DNA from: Azolla caroliniana
Lineage: Eukaryota > Plantae > Polypodiophyta
Reading direction: 5' to 3'
DNA: 64,000 bases
Assembly (NCBI GenBank): GCA_043228905.1
Contig: JBHGNT010000006.1
Location: 6,324,001-6,388,000, forward strand
Both the position numbers and the translations under genes were made by a program. Positions 46,191-58,461 of this stretch are shown one piece after another; positions within the stretch are counted from its first letter, which is position 1; each line of letters begins with the position of its first letter. Under the pieces are notes generated by a model that was not told the origin of the DNA, ran no database searches, and saw nothing but the letters and a program-made list of their open reading frames with translations.

Positions 46191-48779
46191 TCATTTCTCT
46201 AGTGTGTACATACATACCTCCTGTTTTTCAGCATTAGCATATATGTTTGACATAAGCATATAGCTAGATGCACTAGCAGGATTCAACCTAGCAATATGTT
46301 GGAAACAATCCCTCCCAACATCAATGTTTTCATAGACATTACATGCAGAAAGCAATGATGTCCTTGCAAAACTGTCTGGGAAAGGTGGTATAGATTGAAG
46401 GAGCCTGTCTGCTTCCTCAAGGAGACCTGCACGACCTAGCAGATCGATCACACAATCAAAATGTTCGACTGTAGGTCTTAATCCATAATCCTCAGTCATA
46501 GAAACAAAATGGCAAAGCGCCTGCTCCACTTCACATGCACGGTTGCAAGCTCCTAGAATGCTAGTGTATGTGCTTGCATTTGGCTTCCAGCCTTGCTGTA
46601 CCATTCCGTGGAAATATTGCAAGGCATTTCTAGAGAGACCATGTTGTGAATATCCTGCAATTATGGCATTCCATGACACAACATTCTGATTTGGCAAGCA
46701 TTCAAATATTTTCCTCGCTTCATTAAATTGTGCACACTTGCCATACATGTCAATCAGTGTGTTGCAAATCACAATGTCTGACTCAAGCTCATCTTTTACT
46801 AGGTCTGAATGAATGAGTTTACCTTGAGTTTTTGCCCCAATAACAGCGCATGCTCTCAAGACAGATACGTATGTCGAAGAGTCGGGAAGTATATTTTGAT
46901 TTTGCATTTGATTGTACAAATTAAGGGCTAGATGAGATTGTTCATGCTGAACATAGCCTTCAATCAATGTATTCCAGGAGACTAAATCACAATTAATACC
47001 TTCCCCAAATACCTTGCACGCATCTTCAAGACTCTCAAATTTCACATACATATCAATCAGGGTTCCTTTAACAACATTATCTATTTCAGTACAACTTTGA
47101 ATAATCAGAATGTGGATAAGCCTACCCATGTCAACAGCTCCCATGCTGCCACAACCTTTCAATACTGATGTATATGTGTATTTGTCTGCTTCAAGACCAC
47201 ACTCTTGCATTTTTTTAAAACAGTTAAGAGCACATGGGCCAAGGCCAACTTCAGCATAACCTGCAATCAGCATACTCCAAGACACAACATCTGGCTGCAA
47301 TAATCCATCAAAAATTTTACATGCTTCTTCCACATGCCCTAGATTCCCATAGAGAATAACTAAGGATTTTCCGACCGTGTTATCTGACTCCAGCCCAATA
47401 GCCACAATATATTTGTGCATCTTCCTTCCTAAATCTAAAGTCCCCTTCTCAACACACGCTTTCACTACATATGAATAGGTGGATCCTGTAGGCATCACAC
47501 CTTGACCCTGCATTTTTGCAAATAATTCAAGACAAGCATTAGCTTGGCCATTGTGTGCATAGCCCGCAATCATAACATCCCATGAAATCACATTATGATG
47601 ATCTCGCAGTCTTTCGAATAGTCTAATTGAATATGTAAGGCATCTACATTTAGCATACATGCTGATTAAAGTATTTGTAATTTCCACCTCTGACTCTAAT
47701 CCAGTTTTAATAATCTGATCATGAACGAGCATTCCAAGATGAACTGTTGACAATCCACCACAAGCCTTTATCACAGACAAAAACATTACGGCATCTGGCC
47801 TTAACCCTTCTTGAAGAAAATTTTGATAAGTTTCAAGGGCAAGAAATTCCTCCCCAAATTCAGTGTATCCTCTGATGATTGCACTCCAAGATATAACATC
47901 CCTAGAAGGCATTGAGTTAAAAACTTTCTTAGCCTCTTTCAGATTCCCATGTTTAGCATACATGTCAACTATGCTACTATTGACAACAATGTCTGTGTCA
48001 TCCTGTTGTTTAAGGATTAAGTGATACAATACATTTCCTTGACCTATCCAATTTAAATTTCCACACGCTTTCAGAGCACATGAGAATGTCACCCTATCTG
48101 AATGAATACCATTTTCGAGCATCTTTTCAAAAAGCTCAAGGACTACAGTTGGGTGCTCATGTTCACTATACCCTGAGATTATTGCTCCCCACATAACAAC
48201 ATCTCTGGTTTGAGATTCTTCAAACACTTTCCATGCATCTTCCAGGTATCCACATTTAACATACATATTGATCAAGCTAGTCTGGGCAATGGCATCAGCT
48301 TCAACAATGTTTCTGATGATATCATTGTGTATCGATCGCCCATTCTCTACATCCAATAGAATGCTACATATTTTGAGGACACATACAAAGACTACTCTGT
48401 CTGGTTTTATACCTGTACGTTGCATGGTATTATACAAATCAAGAGACTTGATGGGTTCTCCACGAGTGGAATGTGCTGAAATTATTGCATGCCATGTATA
48501 GGCAGACAAATTTGGAGCCTTGCAGAAGATTGCCTCCGCCTCACGCAGGCTTCCACACTCAGAAAAGAGGCGGATCAGATGATTGGTCAAAATACCAATC
48601 GGATTGAGCCCACTTTCAATGACAAGAACATATGCTTTTCTTGCTAGCGCCAAATCTCTTTTCTGAGAGAGGCCAGATAAGATTGAGAGGGCATGCTTTG
48701 GTTCCAGTGGCCTCCATTCTTCACTTATTTGCGAACCTTTCCTAAGAATTTCTGATGATAAATGTTTTGCACTGGCCAT
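46191..48779 (-). CDS. PLS-class pentatricopeptide repeat protein with E domain and no DYW (probable organellar RNA-editing factor)
   Basis: 862 aa intronless ORF with P-L-S triplets (VVSWNAIIAGY, TYTSVLKGCG, NTLIDMYGKC) ending in HFDCVIDLLGRAG...SYMLMSNIYA. Confidence 0.95.
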   Translation of the reverse strand: MASAKHLSSEILRKGSQISEEWRPLEPKHALSILSGLSQKRDLALARKAYVLVIESGLNPIGILTNHLIRLFSECGSLREAEAIFCKAPNLSAYTWHAIISAHSTRGEPIKSLDLYNTMQRTGIKPDRVVFVCVLKICSILLDVENGRSIHNDIIRNIVEADAIAQTSLINMYVKCGYLEDAWKVFEESQTRDVVMWGAIISGYSEHEHPTVVLELFEKMLENGIHSDRVTFSCALKACGNLNWIGQGNVLYHLILKQQDDTDIVVNSSIVDMYAKHGNLKEAKKVFNSMPSRDVISWSAIIRGYTEFGEEFLALETYQNFLQEGLRPDAVMFLSVIKACGGLSTVHLGMLVHDQIIKTGLESEVEITNTLISMYAKCRCLTYSIRLFERLRDHHNVISWDVMIAGYAHNGQANACLELFAKMQGQGVMPTGSTYSYVVKACVEKGTLDLGRKMHKYIVAIGLESDNTVGKSLVILYGNLGHVEEACKIFDGLLQPDVVSWSMLIAGYAEVGLGPCALNCFKKMQECGLEADKYTYTSVLKGCGSMGAVDMGRLIHILIIQSCTEIDNVVKGTLIDMYVKFESLEDACKVFGEGINCDLVSWNTLIEGYVQHEQSHLALNLYNQMQNQNILPDSSTYVSVLRACAVIGAKTQGKLIHSDLVKDELESDIVICNTLIDMYGKCAQFNEARKIFECLPNQNVVSWNAIIAGYSQHGLSRNALQYFHGMVQQGWKPNASTYTSILGACNRACEVEQALCHFVSMTEDYGLRPTVEHFDCVIDLLGRAGLLEEADRLLQSIPPFPDSFARTSLLSACNVYENIDVGRDCFQHIARLNPASASSYMLMSNIYANAEKQEVCMYTLEK

Positions 48780-49740
48780 CGCATTAGTGGTCGCGCTTGA
48801 ATAACAGATCCGGAGGTAACTGCTAAATCATGGCGACGATCCTTCTTATTGCATAGCATGGTGTCCATGTAAACCCTTCTGGTTTCATTCCACCTCCGAT
48901 CGAAGAATCGTTGTGGGCAAAGACACACCTTTACTATTCGCAGTGCAGTATTAGCCAAGCAGCAAGAATACCGCATGGAGTGAAATTGTTGACCTGGCCG
49001 GCCCATGTGCACAGGCTCGCTGTCAGGCCTGAAGAAGGGCCGAAACGCAGGAAACAGAATGAATTGCGGGAAGAAGTTAGGGCTTACCCGAGACGACGAC
49101 GTGCTCCTTTGCAGGAGCTATATCATGTGATACAGTTGGGATAATCAGAGAGTTCTTCCTCATGTTGCTCAGACTTTGTTTAATCTCTGAGAAATGGCTG
49201 CTAACTATGTATGTATGTATGTATGGGTGGGAGTGTCCAGGAGAAACATGATTATATGATACGTTAAAGTCAAAAGTGTGTTCTCTCCTAAATCCAGGGT
49301 CTTGATGAATTGAATTAAATAGGAGCAAAAGGAGGCCAACTGTCCCCGAAAAAAGCACACGCTTGCTTGCATTAGTTATGTTATTGATTGTCAAAAAAAT
49401 CGTGAGCAAGTAAGTGGAGATTCTCTTAAGACAGGCCTTTATTTCTTCAGTGAAAATTCAAGTTTTGGCTTCCTTCTTTCTTCTTGGACACAATGCATAT
49501 AACACTGCAAATGACAAGCGTTGGAATGCATTCCATGCCCATCATCAGATCCTAGGAAAAAAAAGGGCCTTTTGTTTCCTACATTACACAAGCCAACCCA
49601 ATGGGTTGGGCCAAAAGCTTCAAAGAAATACGCACAAGTGAACGAACCTATGCGGTTTACAGGATGGAAGCGCGGGTGTGTGTTACAATGGCCACGCCAC
49701 CTCTGGGAGATCCAGGCAACAGATAAATTTTGTCCACCAC

Positions 49741-49774
<34 letters not shown>

Positions 49775-49976
49775 GTTTCACGATCTAAAATTGGCAAGCA
49801 CAAATTTTTATCCCAAAGTTTAGGAATAAATATCCATTGGCTCCAAAAGTTTGTTGGTGATCTATTGGGGTATTTGTTTTCCATAGACTGAGAGAGGTAG
49901 AAGAAGAAGAAGAAGAAGAAGAAGAAGAAGAAGAAGAAGACTGTGTAGTGATCAGATTAATGGTGGGCGAGGAGGC

Positions 49977-50594
49977 ATGGAGAACTTGTTTCTGCAGCTA
50001 ACGGCTCTGGTGGCAGGCATTTGTGCAGTTTGGCTCGCTCAGAGCTTGAGCAAGAAGAGGTTGTCTGGACCTTCGAAGAAGAAAGCCGATGCTCGCCGCC
50101 ACTACGCCAAAGGCGTGCAGCTCCTCGCAAGGGCCTCCTCTGCACCTGCAGAAGCTCGCTCTCTTGCCAAAGATGCAGCGGCAGAGGCGGATGCAGCAAT
50201 CGCGCTCGACCCTTGCAATGCTGCACCTTTCCATATCTTGAAAGCTCTTGCTCTCGAGCAGCAAGGCCTCGTGCAGGGTGCCATCAGATCTTTGGATGCT
50301 GCCATTAATTCCCCTGAAACGTCGAAGAGTTTGTCCCCTCTGGAGATGGCGGATGCCCTCGCCAAGCGTGGCAGCCTCCTTCTGTCGGCCCGCAAGAACA
50401 TGGATGCCGCCATCTCGGACCTTTGCAAATCACTCGAGATCGTGCCCGACAACCCTGAAGTTCTCTGCACTTTGGCACGCTGCTATGAGAAGAACAAGCG
50501 TTTTGTGGATGCCGAGAAGGCTTACCAGCGTGCATTTGCCTTAGATCGAAAGTCAGAGGATGCATGGGCTGGCTTGAAGAGGTTGCGTCCTTGA
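49977..50594 (+). CDS. Small TPR-repeat protein with N-terminal membrane anchor
   Basis: 205 aa intronless ORF: hydrophobic N-terminus then basic patch, and TPR-like helices (AIALDP, AISDLCKSLEIVPDN, AEKAYQRAFALD). Confidence 0.85.
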   Translation: MENLFLQLTALVAGICAVWLAQSLSKKRLSGPSKKKADARRHYAKGVQLLARASSAPAEARSLAKDAAAEADAAIALDPCNAAPFHILKALALEQQGLVQGAIRSLDAAINSPETSKSLSPLEMADALAKRGSLLLSARKNMDAAISDLCKSLEIVPDNPEVLCTLARCYEKNKRFVDAEKAYQRAFALDRKSEDAWAGLKRLRP

Positions 50595-53500
50595 TGTTGT
50601 CCATGTTTTTTTTCTTCATTGCCATATCGTAATTCGGCTTTGCTCCTTGTACTGGTTTGGTTTCTCTCTCTATTTCCTGCTGCAGCTGGCTTCATGGCCT
50701 CCCCAATGTACATTACATATACTGAAGGGCTTCATTAAATTTTTTTGTCCCCAGTTTAGAGTTTTGGGCAATTTGTGCTCATGACACTCGAAACTCACAG
50801 ATAAACACCATAGCATGCAAACACTTTAAAATGAATTTTTTTTATTAAGGGGCTCTGAACTGTTTGTTTTAAACAATCATAGTATGCTTATGTTCATTGC
50901 TTTCCTTCTTCTCCAACGGCGCCAACACACCATTTGAAAGAAATTGAAAGGCTACACAAATCAATGATTTACCACTCTGGGAACAGTGCAGAATTTTGGG
51001 GAGTTATGAATTTGGTTTAAAAATATCTCTTGTCTAAGTTGCAGTGGAGTGGAAGAGGACAATTCGGTGGGTTTTCCTGTTGAGAGGTGTATATCATGGT
51101 GCAGCAAGAGACTTACTCTCTTATGTGGTATGGCATTTGTAATTCTGAGAAGCCGAAAAGCAGATAAAAAGTCATAGTGATGTAGGTGTCTTCAAGAAAC
51201 TAGAACTCATATGGAGTATCCTAACTGAAATCCATGCTAATGTGGCCCAAAATCGTTGCTCCAAAAAATGTTGGTCAGACAGCCTCTTGTCAGGTCTACC
51301 AGCAGACATGCGAAGAAAATATGATGCAGGTTCAAAACAAGGAAGACGTAATCAATAACAAGGTATTTTTTAGCTAGTCTCTTGAGACCTCATACTGCAT
51401 AGATTGCTGGGTTTGTTTTTTGATTTTGTACTTGGGTGGCAGGCTAGGCACAAATTTTGGTGCAACCGGATATCCACATTAAATCTCTGTTCATCTAGGA
51501 ATGTCTTCCAATCTTTTCTGTCATGGTATATGGTTAAATTAGAATCTCAATCTTTCCCCAAACCGAGGAAATTAGAATGGAGCAATGGAACCAGTGCCTC
51601 CCATGCTGTGTTACAAGGTCTATTGTATTCGATCTAGTTCTTGAACATACACTACGAATGTCCATACTATGACTTTTAGAACCAAGGACACGACAGCTGT
51701 TCTATTTCATCAACCATAACTTCTGTAGGTGATATTTGCAAAAACAGATATGATCTTGAATGTCAGCCCAACCAACCCATCTTCCAGTACAACACAAACA
51801 CTTTGTAGTGGCTGACATTGCAAAATCCTGCCTTACCTCCTGTAAATATCAGTTTTGTACAAAGTGAAGATCAATTATTTATTATTGGAACTCCTGTAAA
51901 TATTTATTTCTCTTAATTCCTTGTGTAGTTGAGCCCCATGTTCCTGCATCAGAGTGCCATTCAGCTTTTCTACCGATGCAGAAATAGTACCAGCAGCTCC
52001 TTGTACAAGTTATGAGTTGCAAGTGAAGATAATGTTTCTTGAAAATAACATAGTGAATTCAGCTCTACTGTTTGAAAGCCTGTTACCAGGAAAGAAAGCA
52101 TTCAAAGTAGAGAAATGGCAGCAAAATTGTTTAGTGGAAAATTTTCTCCTTGTACGGAAAGGTGCAGGGAACAACCACACCCTTTCACTGCCTTCATACA
52201 TCTATTTTTGAGACCATGTCAGTTGATGGAATGTGATGGCACAATGGCATCACCAGGCTGGTAACAGATACTTCATTAGTAGGCAGAATGTAGTGAGGCT
52301 GAGATACAGATAAGGACTTACCTGGTGCAGCTTGTTGGCGATTGTAGGAAATGGGGAAAGTGATGCCATGCAAAATTATAGTCCAATGCTCTTGGTAACA
52401 CGCCTAAAACTGAATGCAAGTGTTCAGAGGCGTATTATGCAATTCTCTGTGTCCATCCTTTTTATGCGTTTGGTGATTTGCGCTTGTTTTACTAATCAAA
52501 AGCTCATAAATTCATTGGTTTATTTTGGAAAGGGGTTATCATGGCGAAGATTTTAATAGTTGGAAAAATGAACATGTGATTTTTGACATAATATCCCCTT
52601 GAAATGCTTCTCTATGTGATATCTTTGTTGAACACTTACCATAGTTGTTAAGCCCTAAACCCTTTCTTTGATTATGTTCACTTTGTTCAAACTTTGTTTT
52701 CTTAGCTCACTCTATGTTATTATTGAGTGAACATAGCATATTCAAACAACATAAATATCGTTTATGCTATTGTGGTGTAAATCATGGCTATTCGAAACAC
52801 CTTTTTTTCTAATTATTCTCTGAATGTAGATGAATGATTTAGCTTTGATGTGGAATGAAGTTACTCCCCATTTTACTTTTTTATGTGCTAGGATTTTGTT
52901 GCAACAATTTCAAAGTAAATGATTGATAATCAACACATAAATGATGGATATGAGCATCACTACCATGCAAATAGTGCTACACTTTTTTTGATGTTAATCT
53001 TTCTACATGGAAGCATGATGCAGCCCTTGTTTGAAATGAAGTATTTGAAGAAAGTCAAATTTTCAAGAGGTGGAATCTAGATACGAGAAAACTAATCTTG
53101 TTGCATTACTTTGTCCACACGACCATTTATTTCAAGCAAGTGAGAATATATAGGACTTCTATAAGCTAACAATGCATTATTTTGCATTTGCTTAGTGTTA
53201 TGTTGAGAGAGCACGACCTTGCCTACAAGAGGAACACTAACGACCCCTATTATACAGCAAAGCATGTATGTATCCTTCTACTAAAAATTCTTTCATCCTT
53301 CTTTCTCTTTGTCACTCATCACACCAACTTTGCATCCTCTTATTTCTTGCACATAAGTGCTTCACATAGTAAAGGAGTGTGCTATCTAATGCTCAACCAA
53401 ATGAAGATAGATATCTAGCTTAAGTTGACGCCATGGTGGAAAGAGATGTAGAATTTGATAAGAAAACTTAAGGTTATGTCTATTTAGGTCATAGAAGATT

Positions 53501-54056
53501 ATTAACACGTGTTAGAAAGGTGAATCAAATTTTTAGGGTAGGCGTGCCCATGTGCTTGGAAACATTAAACAAAGACCAATCATGTGATGAAATCTAACAA
53601 ACAAAAGCTAGTTATTTGAGTGCACATTCTTGTTGTAGACCGATTATAATATGCACTCGTGATAATCCTCACATGCGGATTGTGATAGGAATCAAATGTA
53701 AAGAAGAGGTGTAATGAAATTCTCTCAACTTGGTACCAACGTCGGATGCTCGGGCCTTCATTGAAATCACTCTAGAGTGGTTATCTACTACATTAGAATC
53801 ATATTGTTCTGGGTGGTAATTAGGAAAGAGAAGTGTGCTATTTATTCTTCTGTTTTGTTCAGGAAGCTACAACCCCCCATGTCTTCATTTAATTCACATT
53901 CAAACTGCCCATTGGAACCTACACACACACAAACACACACATTATTTCCTCTACTCTGCCTGTCTTTTCTGTGTATCAGGAGGTAGCTCCTGCTTCTTCT
54001 TCTTTTCTTCTTCTTCTCCTTCTTCTTCTTCTGCACGAAGGAGGGACAACGAAACC

Positions 54057-57000
54057 ATGGCGGCTAAGGCAATTTCCCCACAAGTGGGAGCTACAGTGAA
54101 TCGCATCCTCGACCTGCTGCAAGCATCTCCTGAGGTATGGAGGAGTCCATATTATCGGCTCACCGATTTCTCTCTTCTGTGTTATCGCATGCTCCCTTCC
54201 CTGTCTTCTTCTGCAGGGATTGACGCAAGAAGGTCTAAATTCCGGACTAGGCTCCATCGATGAAGCAGGCGCACAGGCCCTCAATATTCTACTCTCCAAG
54301 GTTTGTGCTTCCCATGAGCTTACCTGCATTCCATTATAATTTTTCGGTGGCTATGTTATGAAGTATTTATAACTCATAACTTCTGCACCTTATGTGGACA
54401 GAGACAAGTTCAAATTTTTCAAAAGGGAAGCACACATGTCTATAAGCTGCAGCCTAAGGATGAGGCTGGAAAGTATGTTGTACTTCACATGCTTAGCTTA
54501 ATTCTTCCATAACTTTGACCTGGAAGTTCTCTTATCTTTCTCATATGTTCTGATTCATTCAGGTTTAAAGGTCTCACAGCAGATGACATGCTTGTCTATC
54601 AAGTCATTCAGCAATCCGGAAATAAGGGTAATGTATCTAGATTTATGAATGGCAGGTGTGAATTTCATTCTAGAAGATCTCATCCAAACCAAATATTCAG
54701 GTATTTGGACCAAGGACATGAAACGCAACACAAATTTACAGCAACCACAAGTGGCAAAAGCTATTAAGAACCTTGAAGCCCGACATTTGATACAAGCAGT
54801 GAAGTCTGTTGCTGTAAGGTTATGATCAACAGATTCATTTTTATGTTGAAGAATTCAGTAGTATGACTGTATCGTTAATGTATACCAATTCTTTACAGAA
54901 CAAAGGAAAGAAGGTATACATGCTAGCAGAACTCAAACCTTCCAAGGAGCACACAGGTGGAGCCTGGTACACTGATCAAACTTTTGATGCGGAGTTTGTC
55001 AATGTCCTCAAGCAGCAATGTGTTCAAATTGTTGTGAGACAAGTAAGGATTTTAGACCTATGAGAGAGAGAGAGAGAGAGCCCAGATGGATGTAGATCAG
55101 TTGGAGACCAGAAGGTTATGCGTTCAACCCCTACATTCCACAGTGGCATTTAGTAAATTAAGAAAATATATATGAAATAATAGAAAAGTGTGAAAGCTGG
55201 GTCTCAAACCCAAGCCCTAGGGTTAGTAATCTAAAAACTTACCACTAGGGTAAACTAATTGATAGAGAGAGAGCATGTTTGTCATATTCTAGGGCCTGGC
55301 TAGTGTGGAAAATATTGCAGATGCTGTTAGAAAGTCTGGTATCACGAAAGAAGAGCTTCGCCTGAAAGATTTCAAGCAGGTTAATTCTCTAAATGTCAAA
55401 CTTTTTTCTGAAAGGTAGGCCATTTTTATTTTACTATAAAGTATATTTCTCTAAAACTTTGAATTGTTGCCAGCTCATGGATATGCTGGTTCTGGATGGT
55501 GAATTAGAGGAGACAGTTGGCACAGGTGTTGGACCATTTGCTGCATTCCCTCCTGTAAGTCTTAAGAAGTCCTATCATTAATTTTCATTAAATAAGAGAA
55601 CACAAAGTTATAATGAAAGAAAATACAATAAGATATAGAGAAAACAACACTTAAATGAATAATATCCATGAGAAAACTGTTATGAACAGTAGTAAGGAGA
55701 GCAGAAAATTAAACTAAACTAGTACAATATTTCTAGTGAGGCGCAAAGCCGTTAAATAAAAAATGAGAGTTAAAAGGGAATTTTGTTTCTTGGCGTCTAA
55801 GAAAACAAAACCCGAGCCATGTAAAAAGTAATAGCCAGATGTAGACTGTCTTGTGTCAACATCTCCTGGCCAATCAGTACCCAAGTAACCAATAAACTCA
55901 ATGCCTCTGAATGAACGGCCATAATCATTTGTGCATGCTAAGTATCAAAGAACACAAATGGCTACTTGCAAATGAACTTGGCATGGTGCATTTGAAACTG
56001 ACTGAACGTTTACATTGTAGGATAGATAAGCTCTTGGGTAGGTAAGGTGAATGAGGGATCCAATCAGCCTCCTGTACTTTATACTATCTTCAAAACTGGG
56101 AGAATATTCTTCATGAGAAAGCTTGGATTGTGAATCCATGGGACAAGAAAGGGCTTGCAATCAGTCATGGCATAGGTTTCAAGAAGTTGTCAAAGATGCC
56201 TATGCTGGCAGAGACATATGCCTCCATGTGATTGATAAACTAATGCCCGAGAAGTATGTAGACGCCCTAAATTTGTCATTTTAAATGTCTCTTTCATATA
56301 ATTGCGAAGCTGCTCTATCTTGACTTAAAAAGAACCTATAATTGGCAAGTCATTTATATACAGAATAACTAGACACATCTAGCCATCTTAGGAGAGGACC
56401 TAAAGATTGTTGTCAGCAGAACATTTTAGTGGCAGCAAGTTGTAGGCCGCAGTGGACCTGAAAACTCAAAACCAGGGGGCTTCTCAACTTAAACTTCTTC
56501 CATTGAGCCACCATTCAAAAAGGTAAACTTGACATCCATTTGGAATATATCACAATTGTAGTGGGCAGCAAGTTGTAGGCCACATCCAATAGAAGTATAC
56601 CACGTTGTTGGGGCAAATGTTTCCTTGTAAGTCCACTTTTTCCATTTTGGGAATACCCTTTAGAATTTAATTGAGCCTTGTGTTTCTCCAATGTATCCAT
56701 GTGTAGTATTTGGTTTTGAATATCCACGTCACACCAATATCTTATTTGTCTTAAAGACGTGGGACCAATTCCCATGTGTGATTCCTCATAACGAAATCAA
56801 GCTCTATCTCCCTGGCTGCCGTCCATTTAGGAAGTTCAAGGGCTTTGTTTTTGCTCTAACAGGGAAAACTGTGTCATTGTGAGTCAATTGGATTTATGAG
56901 GTCTTGTGAGTGGTGTAGATGAGGTGGGTCCATGTTGCGAACAAAAGGTATGGAAGGCACGTGAAATAAACGCACCACCATTGTGAAATCTGATTTGTCG

Positions 57001-58461
57001 AACATTCTTGGAGGTCTTTGTTTCAACTAGAGACGCCCATTTTTGAAATCTAGAGAATGCATCAGATTTGGCTGAAATTAAGAAAAGAAGGGTTTGCACT
57101 TGTGGCCTGTACAAGTCTGTCTTAGAATTATGGTATACGACAGGGTATAGCAACAAGTACATACCTCTAGATTCAGAAATGCGAGGGGGGCAGGCGAGAG
57201 ATCCCGTTATGCTTAACCTAAACTTTATGTGATAAATCATAAATTATAGGCACGAAATATCATATACCTCCAAGAGTTGTGTCACATTGGACCGCATAAA
57301 TCCATATGCAGTAACCCCAAAATTAATGTGGCTTCCCATATATACAAGCCACACGTGAAGTATTGGAGACATTAAAATGAGGAAGGCCAAGCATGATTTG
57401 GGATGAAGAGAGCTGTTGAAGAGAATTATGGTTGAGGTGCCCAAACCAAGCATGTCACAACTGGGGATCACCCTGAGCTACTAAGTTATAACTTAGATGT
57501 TATAGTAGATGAGACTTGGAGGATGGTAATGGTCTGTTGGAGCTGTTAAGGAGATACAAGCCAACTTCCTTTTTGCCGACTAGCAACAATTTGCTGGTTG
57601 TTGATGTCAATCACCTCCACCATAGCCTTTTTCCGTAAATGAAAAAAGTTCGAGTAGATTAGCTATGTAATACATTTTGGATTGTAGTTGGTGACTCAAA
57701 AAATACATTAGCCATGCATGAAGCCTCAAGATTTGAGGCATCTCCAATATCACAGAAGACAGACCTGTCATGAGTCATATGACTTGTGTAACAACTATCT
57801 GTAATTCAATTATCAAACGATAATTGCTATTACATATAGGCTCTTTAATTGATTATTAAGTCTGAACAAAGGTGCATATTGTTTGACCTTGCATTCATAT
57901 CATTCGCCACGTTAATATCATGTGAATGTAGAGTTTTTCTCCAAAATTCGACACATCTTACTTGGGAAATACCCAAAATATCTGAATAAGTGATAGGCTA
58001 TGGCTACCTGGTGGTGACACCTTGTGAAAATTTTCTACCAAACATCATACATATGAATAATCCATATTCCACCACTCATTAACAAAATGTTAACCCACCA
58101 CTTGGTTGTGATGCTATGTTGATTGATGATTAGTGATCATGTTTTTCAAGACTTCATGCATTGAGATTGAACAAAAGAAATAAAATTTAAAAAGATCAAT
58201 TGAATTTGTTCAATCAACAGGACACATTGTTATACAGAAGCTCTCAAAATCGTCTTTCAGAAAGCTCCGCATTTACAAGCATCCCATGTGGAGTCTGCCC
58301 AGTAAGAGTTTGTTTCATTGAGCAACTTGGACAGAACTTGTTTTCTTTGTCTCACTAACTCGGGTAAATTTGTCCCTTTCCAGGTTTTGCATGAGTGTAC
58401 AGATAATGGCCTAATCTCTCCAAAAACATGTGTTTATTATCAGAAATGGCTAAAGTTCTAG
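54057..58461 (+). CDS. RPC34: RNA polymerase III subunit C34 (RPC6/POLR3F orthologue), 10 exons
   Basis: Exons 54057-54134, 54217-54300, 54402-54472, 54563-54627, 54701-54813, 54899-55042, 55293-55379, 55474-55554, 58221-58301 and 58384-58461. Motifs LVYQVIQQSGNKGIWTKDM, KKVYML...PSKEHTGGAWY and the Fe-S motif PCGVCPV..EC...ISP..CVYY..WL. Confidence 0.93.
55920..57800 (-). mobile_element. Highly degraded Copia remnant in RPC34 intron 8
   Basis: Fragments IRFHNGGAFISRAFHTFCSQHG (integrase) and KYRRLIGSLIHLT (RT). No LTRs recognised and boundaries approximate. Confidence 0.7.

Noticed and set aside
55090-55260. tRNA-derived SINE in RPC34 intron 6
   Set aside because: Only weak A/B-box-like matches on both strands, with no tail or TSD. 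It does caution that degenerate boxes may be common in this genome.
54057-58461. Functional link between the RPC34 gene and the Pol III boxes in nearby LTRs
   Set aside because: It is an ordinary housekeeping gene more than 30 kb away, and nothing in the sequence connects the two.
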